Below are positions 1-8,575 of a stretch of DNA of 64,000 nt, one piece after another. The stretch is from an uncultured virus (IMG/VR IMGVR_UViG_3300034072_000228). Lineage: Duplodnaviria > Heunggongvirae > Uroviricota > Caudoviricetes. The notes under the pieces were generated by a model. That model worked only from the letters and a program-made list of their open reading frames with translations, ran no database searches and was not told where the DNA came from. The stretch's first letter is position 1; every line of letters starts with the position of its first letter. Location: IMG/VR virus record IMGVR_UViG_3300034072_000228; one strand, given 5' to 3'. The position numbers and the translations under genes were made by a program.

Positions 1-127
1 CGGTATCAAAGTTAGGGTTGTAAATGGAATCGCCGTGGTAACCACGGCCTTGACGAGGGTCATCTCTATTCATTCTTGCCATGGTCATTTCCTTTCAGAG
101 AGGGCATCAATTTTTGCTTCAAGCCTT
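1..127. repeat. Exact 127-bp terminal direct repeat (1-127 = 63700-63826); indicates a circular or circularly permuted genome of 63,699 bp
   Basis: Base-by-base identity from CGGTATCAAAG to CAAGCCTT; the first mismatch is at 128/63827, and homology continues with substitutions to the window end. Confidence 0.95.
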
Positions 128-336
128 CCAATGCCTGAGTCAAAGCGTTCCATAAGTTTTTCAAGATCCTGCCTAACTTCTGCGCGAGTGATGTGATCAC
201 GGGCAATTTCCTCCCGAGTTCTGTTCAATAGGATCTGGATGCGCTTCTGTTCATCTGAAGCTTGTTTAAGCATGAACATTACCAGGCCCACTAAGAACGA
301 TGTGATTAGATTCCAGACCAGAGCACCCGTTTCCAT
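85..336 (-). CDS. Small phage protein with N-terminal transmembrane helix and coiled coil
   Basis: Hydrophobic N-terminus (ALVWNLITSFLVGLVMFML); a diverged allele at 63784-64000 keeps the reading frame. Confidence 0.8.
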   Translation of the reverse strand: METGALVWNLITSFLVGLVMFMLKQASDEQKRIQILLNRTREEIARDHITRAEVRQDLEKLMERFDSGIGRLEAKIDALSERK

Positions 337-624
337 TTAGCACTTCCATCTGCGTCTTGCCTGACGTAGTCGGCTATTAGGGTCCTTGGCTGCTTCAGGG
401 AAATCCTTCATTTGTCCGGCAGAACGAGCACAAAAAGACTTCCTTCGTGCCGCATCTTTCGGGCCGGGATTATCGCTAGTCACAGCCGTCTTTAGCTTGC
501 TGCCAGGATTAGCTGCACGGTAGGCTTTGACACCTTTCTCCGTCATCCCAGCACCTTGTTTGGTAGGCCGGAAATTGCCAGACTTTACTGACGTAGCAAT
601 CCCCATGCCCTTGGCTTTAGCCAT
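337..624 (-). CDS. Small basic conserved phage protein (DUF6321-like)
   Basis: Motifs GMTEKGVKAYRAANPGSKLKTAV and RRKSFCARS..DPNSRL..ARRRWKC; start moved to the ATG at 624. Confidence 0.7.
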   Translation of the reverse strand: MAKAKGMGIATSVKSGNFRPTKQGAGMTEKGVKAYRAANPGSKLKTAVTSDNPGPKDAARRKSFCARSAGQMKDFPEAAKDPNSRLRQARRRWKC

Positions 625-889
625 AAAACACCGTGACTTTGGCGTTTGACAAGGTGGCGTATGCGCTTGTTTTACACCAAACACCTTGGCCAGGAATAAC
701 CACGTTAAAGGTCTCCCCGTTAGCTACGGTGTTAATGGTGAATAACGTTGTTCCGCCAGACCCGCCATCTTTGATAATCACGCTACCAGCGGAACCTCCT
801 GGTTCAACCACCAACCCGCGAACACGAGTTGGCGTTGCGCTAACAGCCCCAGATGCGGCAAGTGATATGCCGGAGACATCTGTTTGCAT
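617..889 (-). CDS. Small beta-rich putative virion protein
   Basis: Gly/Ser/Thr/Val-rich 90-aa ORF tightly packed in the late operon. Confidence 0.65.
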   Translation of the reverse strand: MQTDVSGISLAASGAVSATPTRVRGLVVEPGGSAGSVIIKDGGSGGTTLFTINTVANGETFNVVIPGQGVWCKTSAYATLSNAKVTVFYG

Positions 890-901
890 GATGCGCTCCT
901 A

Positions 902-1432
902 TTAGCTATCGCTGAAGGGAGTAACGAGGGTGCCAGATCCCAGTAAGTTTCCTTGGACAAGGTACTTGGCAGAAGCAATCGCCGTAAAGGTGATAATCGA
1001 TCCAGCGATACCACCTTTGGTTGTACCGTTTAACGTACAAACATCATTAGAAGCGCCAGAGATGAAGGTCTTGCCATCAGCGCCATCATCAATACCAATA
1101 AACACACCGCCCACGAACTTGTCCGTTCCATCGGTCTGGAAGACCAGCGCAGATGCTGTGGTTTCAACAACGAACGAGTAGGTCGTTCCAATGTTGTTCG
1201 TGCTATTGGGATCGGCGCCAGGGCCGGAGCTGGAAGGATAAGCAGTTGCGATGATGGTCGGTAAGGTAACCACTAAGGTCGCATCGTTAGTTTTGATCAG
1301 GCGGCCAGCATAACCTGCCGTGGTCAAGGTGATGGTGTTGGTGCCATTAGCAAGATTGATAATGCTGTTTGGCCCTTGAGCATAGAAACCGCCCAGCGAA
1401 CGGACTGGACCGTCAAAGGTAGAAATAGCCAT
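902..1432 (-). CDS. Putative virion structural or capsid-decoration protein
   Basis: Thr/Gly-rich protein, GGAG RBS, located downstream of the capsid gene. Confidence 0.65.
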   Translation of the reverse strand: MAISTFDGPVRSLGGFYAQGPNSIINLANGTNTITLTTAGYAGRLIKTNDATLVVTLPTIIATAYPSSSGPGADPNSTNNIGTTYSFVVETTASALVFQTDGTDKFVGGVFIGIDDGADGKTFISGASNDVCTLNGTTKGGIAGSIITFTAIASAKYLVQGNLLGSGTLVTPFSDS

Positions 1433-1512
1433 GTTAACTCCGCGTAGTAGCGCATCCCCATACCGTCTCTACTAAGTCTGCTAGGCCAGTCGGTATGAGT
1501 TAAATCCTAGTA
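1433..1512 (-). ncRNA. Candidate structured cis-regulatory RNA leader
   Basis: Stem 1457-1465/1491-1499; loop segments complementary to flanks (1469-74/1445-50 and 1481-85/1506-10); alternative helix 1497-1503/1434-1440 overlaps the RBS. Confidence 0.45.
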
Positions 1513-1523
1513 ACTGGTTTGTA

Positions 1524-2462
1524 TCAGTTATTGGGGTTGGAGTCAATCCGTTTCTTGCGAGCGGCCATCATTTTCTCCCGCCACACGGGATCGGCCCAAA
1601 GCGCCTTGGCAGCAGCTTTCTTGGCAGCTTTTACTTCTTCACGATTAGCAATCTCTTTGTTATTGGCTGTCTGCGCGGCATGGTAATTAGGATCAGCCCA
1701 CATGGCTTTTGCGATGTCACTAGTCTTTTGCTTGGATTGCTCAGTGTTCCTTGAGCGCTTAATAGCGTCAGTCCTTTTATTGCGTACGGTAGTGTCGGCC
1801 CATGTCTGTTTGCTGGCTTCAGATTTCAGGCTGCGTGCTTCTTCTGTGCCTTGAACTTCTTTTTGCGCCTCGGTCACTTTCTTTACGTAGTCAGGATCCT
1901 GCCAAAGCTTAGATGTTGCTTCGCTCATGGTTTGGCGGAAGACTTCTGTATGAATGAATGCGGCCTTACCTGCTTCACGTCTAGCTATGACTTCAGGATC
2001 TTGCAGGGCTTTGCGTATAGCCGCAATGGTTTGTTCGCGGAATGTTGGGTTAGCCCATCGGCGCTTCTGGCCCTCGCTGTACAGAGCTATCTTCTCAGGG
2101 GTGCTGTTTGCCTCTTTGACTTTGTTTCGCCATTCTTCAGTTCTGATAGCCCCAGACGTTCCCTCGCCCCCGTCGGTAAGATTGAACAGGGTTCCGGTTC
2201 CAAGGTCTCTCCTACCGTACACCTCAATCATCATCATTTCTTCGTAAAAGGCTTCCGCCTCATCAAGGTTGTCTTTGATGATCTCAATAATAGGCTCGCG
2301 CTTCTCCCTTCTAAGCAATGCTAGAAAGGCACCAAAGCCTTTGTTATGGCTAGCCTTTACTTTCCAGTGATACCAGGCCCGATCGCCCGCTCCTTTTCCT
2401 ACGTACACCACCTGCTGGTTCTTGGTAGGCCGTGGGTCTTTGTAGATGTAGACGTAATACAT
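1524..2462 (-). CDS. Free-standing GIY-YIG homing endonuclease with repeated helical C-terminal DNA-binding region
   Basis: YYVYIYKDPR..YVGKG..RAW.H..EAFYEE..I..YGR..L.N.TDGGEG; repeated W(A/Q)DP units; AAGGAG RBS before the ATG at 2462. Confidence 0.85.
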   Translation of the reverse strand: MYYVYIYKDPRPTKNQQVVYVGKGAGDRAWYHWKVKASHNKGFGAFLALLRREKREPIIEIIKDNLDEAEAFYEEMMMIEVYGRRDLGTGTLFNLTDGGEGTSGAIRTEEWRNKVKEANSTPEKIALYSEGQKRRWANPTFREQTIAAIRKALQDPEVIARREAGKAAFIHTEVFRQTMSEATSKLWQDPDYVKKVTEAQKEVQGTEEARSLKSEASKQTWADTTVRNKRTDAIKRSRNTEQSKQKTSDIAKAMWADPNYHAAQTANNKEIANREEVKAAKKAAAKALWADPVWREKMMAARKKRIDSNPNN

Positions 2463-2540
2463 ATTAGCTCCTTGGTTAGTGAGAGCTAATGATAACACAT
2501 GGATGGCAAGATGCAAGTCTATGTACTATTACATACTGCA

Positions 2541-2570
2541 CAAAAGGGAAACCCCGCCGGAGCGGGGTTC
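2541..2570 (-). terminator. Rho-independent terminator after the major capsid gene
   Basis: Minus strand AACCCCGC-TCCG-GCGGGGTT hairpin followed by TTCCCTTTT. Confidence 0.75.
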
Positions 2571-2619
2571 CTGATACAAGGCTAGTAAGGTAATTTCTTG
2601 TTAGAAATCAAGCACTTAC

Positions 2620-3528
2620 TTAGGCGCCTTGGCTGCCGAAGATACCGAGCGGATCCGAGACTCCAAACGAGTAGCGTTCTCTCGCTTTGTATCTGACATT
2701 GCCCGTATCAAAATCGCCATCCATTCCAGTACTCATCGGTGTCCGCACGAAGTGCTTCAGTCCGTTGGGTACATCGGTGGTGAGGAACCAGCCGTTGGTG
2801 TCGGTCAAGAAGTGGTTGATCGTGTAGCCCTCTGGGATCGAACCGTTGTTCTTGATGGCGTTGATGTCGTTGTTGTTAGTACCGACACGGAGTTCGGTTT
2901 CTAACAGACGGGTAGCCACGAACTGGAGGTTCGGAGGAACGATGAGCTTGCGTGGGCGAGCTGCGATCAACAGATCACGTTCGTCGGTCCAAGCTGCGAT
3001 TTGAATGACTGCGTTTTCCAACGAAGTCTCGTTCAAGTCTGCCTGGGTCGCGGGCGTGTTGCTGTTTACACCACCTGATACCAGAGGATGTGATGTGGAG
3101 AACAGGGGTTGTCCATCACCGTATGTAACGGTAGATGCCCATCCGTTGTTCAACACAGCTGCTGCTTTCACCTGCTTGGTGTATGCCATGGCGCGAGCAA
3201 GCGCCTTGGTATAACGTGAGCTGAGCGAGTCGTACAGGTTATCTTCGATTGCCTCTTCGGTAATCGAAAAGCCCATAGCGATCGTCTCATGGGTGTAGCG
3301 AGCAGTCCAAGCTTCCTGTGCGTTGTCATAAGCAATCGCAGAGCCTTCGTTCTTGACCGGGGCGGCCGAGAATCCAGACAGCTTGGTTTCCTCTTCAAAC
3401 GAACGCTCAGAGGTCTCGGTTTCGTAGATCTCTTTGTGTTCTTCGCCATAGCGAGCGTACTCAAGACCGAACAGTGCGTTCAGGCCGGGGAGCAGCTCTT
3501 TCAGTAGTTGTGCGCGTGAAATAGCCAT
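2620..3528 (-). CDS. Major capsid protein (Mu gpT-like family)
   Basis: MAISRAQLLKELLPGLNALFGLEY..DGDFDTGNVRYKARERYSFG; follows scaffold genes and precedes a terminator. Confidence 0.92.
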   Translation of the reverse strand: MAISRAQLLKELLPGLNALFGLEYARYGEEHKEIYETETSERSFEEETKLSGFSAAPVKNEGSAIAYDNAQEAWTARYTHETIAMGFSITEEAIEDNLYDSLSSRYTKALARAMAYTKQVKAAAVLNNGWASTVTYGDGQPLFSTSHPLVSGGVNSNTPATQADLNETSLENAVIQIAAWTDERDLLIAARPRKLIVPPNLQFVATRLLETELRVGTNNNDINAIKNNGSIPEGYTINHFLTDTNGWFLTTDVPNGLKHFVRTPMSTGMDGDFDTGNVRYKARERYSFGVSDPLGIFGSQGA

Positions 3529-3540
3529 TTAAGTTTCCCC

Positions 3541-4218
3541 TTACAGTCCGACTGGGTTGTTGTACGCATGACCACCAGTAACTGTGGAGGTAATGCCGCC
3601 GCTAGATGAAACATACGGTGCATTGAACTTCACAATAACTTCTGGGTAGTACAGAGTACCGCTATAGGTAAATGCCGTATCAGGCACCACATCAACAACT
3701 CGCAACGGTAATGTTGCCGTTACTGCACCGGATGCAATATCCACTGCGTAACGTGAGTCCTTGGTCGTGGTATTCAACGTGTTTGCAACCATCGATACGT
3801 TCAGACCGATGTCTGTGTACGTAAAGCCTGATGTGGTTGAAACGACCGTGGTTCCACTAACACCGCAAACCTGGAACAACTGATCTGGGTCTTCACAGAT
3901 GTAAGCAACAATGTTGGTGTTGCTTGCAATTGCGGTTCCAGAAATCCATGCCTGCGAAAACGTGGGCTGGCCAGTTACAGCAGAAACAAACGTACAGCCC
4001 ATGAACACACCAGCAAAACCAGTGGTAGGAGCAGCCGTCGTTTCGGTACAAACAACAACGCAACCGTTGCTGTCGAACTTCACAGGGTCACCAAAACCGA
4101 TGCTCGATGCGCTGGAGTTTACGATCCGACGCTGACGAGTGGCTCCGGCAAACACCTGACCGCCGATCAAATTGACCGGGCGCAGACCGTATGGGCCTGA
4201 AATCGTCGGGTAAGCCAT
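3541..4218 (-). CDS. Minor capsid or decoration protein
   Basis: PYGLRPV..GVFMGC..DPDQLFQV motifs; directly upstream of the capsid gene. Confidence 0.65.
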   Translation of the reverse strand: MAYPTISGPYGLRPVNLIGGQVFAGATRQRRIVNSSASSIGFGDPVKFDSNGCVVVCTETTAAPTTGFAGVFMGCTFVSAVTGQPTFSQAWISGTAIASNTNIVAYICEDPDQLFQVCGVSGTTVVSTTSGFTYTDIGLNVSMVANTLNTTTKDSRYAVDIASGAVTATLPLRVVDVVPDTAFTYSGTLYYPEVIVKFNAPYVSSSGGITSTVTGGHAYNNPVGL

Positions 4219-4239
4219 TTGAGTTTACTCCAAATGAGG

Positions 4240-4680
4240 TTATCTTTTACCGAATTTGACCTCAGTGCGCCTGTCATTAAACAGTGGCATCCGTGGGTCA
4301 TTTTCGCGCATAAAGTTGCTGTCCACGCTCTTCATCCAGTCGTTGGCTTGTTTCAGGTAATGGGTATTACGCTGATCCACCATCTCCACGGGAGCGCGAC
4401 ACAACATTAATCCACCAATCTCAATATTTCCGGTTTGAGCGCCGGTTGCGAGCAATGCCCGAGTTACTTCTGGATACTCTTCCCATTTGCATGGTTCAAA
4501 TCCATCCTGGTGACGGCTGGCTACATTCCTTGCGTCAGATTGCCCCAGTGTTGAGGTGCGTACCCAACGATGCCTCCAACCATCTCGCGGTAAAGGATCA
4601 GGCAATGAGCTGGGCGGCTTCCATTGCTTCGGACGTTCCGTGGTTTCACGGGTCTGTGCTTCTCTGGATTCGCGGCTCAT
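4240..4680 (-). CDS. Conserved head-module protein
   Basis: WKPPSSLP.P..RWVR..GGLMLC motifs; lies between scaffold and capsid genes. Confidence 0.7.
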   Translation of the reverse strand: MSRESREAQTRETTERPKQWKPPSSLPDPLPRDGWRHRWVRTSTLGQSDARNVASRHQDGFEPCKWEEYPEVTRALLATGAQTGNIEIGGLMLCRAPVEMVDQRNTHYLKQANDWMKSVDSNFMRENDPRMPLFNDRRTEVKFGKR

Positions 4681-5612
4681 ATCTTTCCTTCCATGCGTAG
4701 TTTTGCCACTTGTTTGGCATATTCTTCAAGCGGAACATTCAACCTTCTAGCTGTATTAGCTTCTGAGGCTGTCAGCTTCAGTTTTTTAGGTGGCGAGCTG
4801 CGCGTTGCCGGAGTAACCACCGAAGCAGGAGGCTTTGCTTTTTCCCTTGGCGGCTCCTGATCGCCAAAGTACTCAGGGAATTTCTCCCTTACGCGAGAAT
4901 TGATCTTCTCGTAATACTCATCCGTCAATGCGTAATGTTCGCCATTTTCCCGAGTAAGCTTTTTATGCAGGCCCATGGCGTAAAACGTCATCTCATCATC
5001 TACCCCAGGCTCACCTGACTGACCAAACCATTTATTATTGGCCTTCCAGGTTTCTGCTTTGCGGTCCTGATAAGTATTCTGCTGAACATTATAAGCAGGA
5101 TTTTGTTGCACTGGCAACTCAGGTGCTGCTTGTGGCGGCGCAGGTTTAAAGTTTTTAACCCGGTCAGCCTTCAGCATGGCAATATTTAATGCCTTCTGCG
5201 CCTCTAAAATCCTTTCGGATTCCTGACTATCCAAAGCCTCTTTGTAATTGCGCTCAGCCGTAGATAACTCTTTCTCCGTGGCAAATTGCATCGTTTTTAT
5301 TAACGTGCTTTCACCCGTAGTGAGCTTCTCTTTCAGCTTTGAATTTTCATCCGCAATTTGTTTTGCATAGGCAATCGCCGCCTCACGCTCACGCTGCGCC
5401 TCTTCCTTGGCCCTGCGCTCATCGTGATACCCATGCTTTAAATGCTGGATGCGCTTCTTTACATTATCTGAATACTGTTTAATCTCATCTTCAGGTATTT
5501 CAGATGGATCACCCTTTAATGGCGTGGCATTCCTATCCGCCTCCGGGCGATCGTCAACAATCTCGATCTCCGTTTCGCCCTCTACCTCTACTTCAATTTT
5601 CTCTTCACTCAT
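4677..5612 (-). CDS. Capsid scaffolding protein
   Basis: Acidic N-terminus, long coiled coil, C-terminal ARRLNVPLEEYAKQ; synteny. Confidence 0.7.
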   Translation of the reverse strand: MSEEKIEVEVEGETEIEIVDDRPEADRNATPLKGDPSEIPEDEIKQYSDNVKKRIQHLKHGYHDERRAKEEAQREREAAIAYAKQIADENSKLKEKLTTGESTLIKTMQFATEKELSTAERNYKEALDSQESERILEAQKALNIAMLKADRVKNFKPAPPQAAPELPVQQNPAYNVQQNTYQDRKAETWKANNKWFGQSGEPGVDDEMTFYAMGLHKKLTRENGEHYALTDEYYEKINSRVREKFPEYFGDQEPPREKAKPPASVVTPATRSSPPKKLKLTASEANTARRLNVPLEEYAKQVAKLRMEGKI

Positions 5613-5621
5613 AAATACCCC

Positions 5622-5987
5622 TTATGCGCGGCTATAACCACGAGGATCTTGAACAACACCTTCGATCGTGTCGTCATTAATCAGTCGAAACTCACGACCA
5701 TGGATCTTGAAACGCGTGCCTGAATAAGCACGTACCAATACAAAATCACCTTCCTTGCACCATGGACCCGTTGGAAACTTTGCTGCATCCTTATAGCAAT
5801 CCGGCCCCATCTTTAATACGAATAAAACTACGGTGCTGAACTCTTCAATTTTTGCAAGCGAATCAGGCTTGAATAAACCATTGGCGAATTTATCCTCCAC
5901 CTCTGGTAAAGCGCATAACATCCTATAGCCCGTAGGCTCTGGGAGTTGCGTTGCTTCCGGCTGAGTGTCCTCAGTAATATCAGTCAT
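5622..5987 (-). CDS. groES: GroES/Cpn10-like co-chaperonin
   Basis: PTGYRML..GL..VLKMGP..KEGDFVL..YSGT....G.EFRLINDD.IEGVV matches the Cpn10 pattern. Confidence 0.85.
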   Translation of the reverse strand: MTDITEDTQPEATQLPEPTGYRMLCALPEVEDKFANGLFKPDSLAKIEEFSTVVLFVLKMGPDCYKDAAKFPTGPWCKEGDFVLVRAYSGTRFKIHGREFRLINDDTIEGVVQDPRGYSRA

Positions 5988-6168
5988 CGTATTCCTTCAT
6001 TCGATTGGCAAGGTCTTCATTAATGCGCCTTGCGACCAAAAGACCTTGAATCTGGCCGCAGACGAATTTGTATTCCTCAAAACTCTTCATGCTCCCTTGC
6101 GAGAGTTGTGCTTCTAAATACTCAATATGTTTATCAATCTCTAGCTCTACAGCATCTGAGAAATTCAT
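5980..6168 (-). CDS. Small conserved protein between portal and GroES
   Basis: Overlaps both neighbours; motif SFEEYK..CGQIQGL. Confidence 0.7.
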   Translation of the reverse strand: MNFSDAVELEIDKHIEYLEAQLSQGSMKSFEEYKFVCGQIQGLLVARRINEDLANRMKEYDD

Positions 6169-8567
6169 TTGCCCATCCTCGCCAGTGATTTATCACGTTG
6201 AATATCCGCCGCCTTATCAATCATCTTGGCAGCTATATTCTGCTCAGCAATCTGATTCATACTCTGAATCCGCGCCTCTTCAAGCCTTACCTTGTCCTGC
6301 TGCGCCTGAGCTTTCAACATAATGTCCGCCTGATCCTTCTGCGCCTCACGCTGCTCCTTCTGCTGCTTAAGCTGTAACTCAGCCTGCTGCATCTGAATCA
6401 ATGGATCCTGCGCTTGTTGCTGTGCTTGTATTTGTTGAGCCTCTGCCGTGTGCAGTTGCAACAACTGTTGAGCACCCTTAGCCGCCAACCTTGAGATCTC
6501 CACCTCAAAGTCTTCTGGCAAGGGCTGATCAGGTGGTGGTAATGGCACACCTAACTGCTCTTCTAGCTGCTTGCGGTACAAGAATGCCAAGTGCTCATTA
6601 ATGTGAGCCATGGCCGCTGCCATCATCTGACCACCCATGGGGTTTTGCTGTACCTGCTGGCGCAACATTGGATCCTGTACAGCCGCCATATGTACGGCTA
6701 AATGAGCCTCATGATCCTGATAGATAAATGCCTTAACCGGCTGCATCGTAAGAATCGCCATGTTCTCCGATACCGGATCGCGTGGCTGCTCTGCCTTGGC
6801 AGCAGGGATCAACTTATCAATGTTCTTGATACCCAAGACTTCCAACATGCGCTTATGTAACTCAGGCATGTCATAGATCTGAGGTGCCTGTGCAGCCAGT
6901 TGAAGTACCGCTTGATACTGTGTAACCCGTTGGGCTAATGTCGTCGCATTAGGGTCAGATACTGGTATGACATCCACCATGTCATAGTCAGCCTGCTTGA
7001 CCATCCGGCCGCCAGGTGCATCCACGTCATAGTTATATTCAGTAGGTGCGTAGTCCCTAATAATCGCTGCAAGTAACTTAAACTCCTGCCGCATGGAGTA
7101 ATGAAGCCTTGCCTGCACCGCAGACATAACCTTCAACGTCCTCTCTAATACTGCCAAAGTCGTGCCCACTGGCGTATTCGCGGACAAGTCCGAAATCTGC
7201 ATATCAGCCGTCGCTGCAAACCGGCGACCTTCAGCAACAATCGTTTTGAGTAATTCAAAAAGAACCTGACTTGGTTCTTTGTACGGCAGCGGCAGGATGT
7301 TGTCTCTAATAGAACCAGAAGGTACATCCACATCCCTGAACTCACCCGGCGCAATCGGTGTGTCATCACCTTTGACTCGCAGGCCGCGGGACTTTAATCC
7401 GCCCGGCAAGTTTGATAACGTACCCGCATCCACCAACTGACGGATCAATGACGTACCTGACTTGGCAAAAGCACCTACCAGGTGAATCAATCCAAAGCCA
7501 TAAAACCCAAATCCCGGTATATAGGGGTAATGAACAAAGTGCATCCGCTTGAGTTTTAACGGATCCTCCTCATACCAGTTCCTGCGAATTGCTAGGATTT
7601 TGCTAGTACTTTCATCGATTGTTACCACATAAGGCAGCGCTATTTCCGTGGGGCCGTTTTTGTCTGTGTCCTCAAACCCAGGTAAATCCAGCTCAACGTG
7701 CATCTCAAGAATGCGATACCTGTCATCCATCGTGGCTGACATACCTTCTTCTTCAGCCTTACGCTTCTCCACCTCACTTAATACCGTAGATGGCTCACCT
7801 AAATCCACGTCACGGTAAAACCCTGCGTGTTGTAGCTTCCGTACCTCATTCTGCGTCTTACGCATGACGTGCGTAATCCTCGGCGCCGACCTTAAATCAC
7901 TCGCTCCAAACGGAACCACAATATCTTCTGCCGGGATGAACATAGATACCGGCCTGCCCAATGAAGGATCGTAGTAAACCTTCTTAAATGCCGATCCAGC
8001 CAAAGCCAAGGACCAAAGCATCTTCTCGTGCTCAGGTCTGTACTCCGGCATCTCTTCAGTTAATCGGTAGTTCATGTCATCTTTGACACGCTCTGCCGCA
8101 TCTTCCTTCTCTTTAGTCAGTGATCCAACAATCTGAGTCTTAACCGGCCCCGAGGCAGGAAAAGTCTCCATGATGGATTCCGCTTGGAACCTAACCGCCG
8201 CCTCTGAGAGCAGCGGATAAAACACACCACATGCCCCAGGCCATGGTTCTGTACGCTCCTCGTACTTCAAACCTAGAAGCTTTAGTCCATCAGCATAGGT
8301 ATCTACCCATTCCTTGCGGGATGACTTATCTGTCTCATAATCTTGCATCAGATCACTAGCAATAGACGCCAGATCTCGGTCATCCATGTAATCAGCAAGA
8401 TTGGCATCAAAATCTTCTGGGCTTTCACGCTCAGCTTCAAAGATAATCTCTACGCCATCTGCTGATATAGCCATAGCATCTGGGTTATCAATCTCAATTT
8501 CCACTTCCGTGGGTTCTTCCATGGCGGCATCAAGACCTAATGGCGCAGGATAAAGTGCAGGTTCCAT
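6165..8567 (-). CDS. Portal protein
   Basis: 800 aa directly after terL; PWPGAC..PLLSEAAVRFQA, GSAFKKVYYD, Q-rich C-terminal coiled coil. Confidence 0.9.
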   Translation of the reverse strand: MEPALYPAPLGLDAAMEEPTEVEIEIDNPDAMAISADGVEIIFEAERESPEDFDANLADYMDDRDLASIASDLMQDYETDKSSRKEWVDTYADGLKLLGLKYEERTEPWPGACGVFYPLLSEAAVRFQAESIMETFPASGPVKTQIVGSLTKEKEDAAERVKDDMNYRLTEEMPEYRPEHEKMLWSLALAGSAFKKVYYDPSLGRPVSMFIPAEDIVVPFGASDLRSAPRITHVMRKTQNEVRKLQHAGFYRDVDLGEPSTVLSEVEKRKAEEEGMSATMDDRYRILEMHVELDLPGFEDTDKNGPTEIALPYVVTIDESTSKILAIRRNWYEEDPLKLKRMHFVHYPYIPGFGFYGFGLIHLVGAFAKSGTSLIRQLVDAGTLSNLPGGLKSRGLRVKGDDTPIAPGEFRDVDVPSGSIRDNILPLPYKEPSQVLFELLKTIVAEGRRFAATADMQISDLSANTPVGTTLAVLERTLKVMSAVQARLHYSMRQEFKLLAAIIRDYAPTEYNYDVDAPGGRMVKQADYDMVDVIPVSDPNATTLAQRVTQYQAVLQLAAQAPQIYDMPELHKRMLEVLGIKNIDKLIPAAKAEQPRDPVSENMAILTMQPVKAFIYQDHEAHLAVHMAAVQDPMLRQQVQQNPMGGQMMAAAMAHINEHLAFLYRKQLEEQLGVPLPPPDQPLPEDFEVEISRLAAKGAQQLLQLHTAEAQQIQAQQQAQDPLIQMQQAELQLKQQKEQREAQKDQADIMLKAQAQQDKVRLEEARIQSMNQIAEQNIAAKMIDKAADIQRDKSLARMGK

Positions 8568-8575
8568 CTCGGCTC

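Noticed and set aside
1518..2579. Terminal inverted repeats (CTGATACAA) around the GIY-YIG gene
   Set aside because: Only 9 bp, encloses the capsid terminator, and there is no transposase or target duplication
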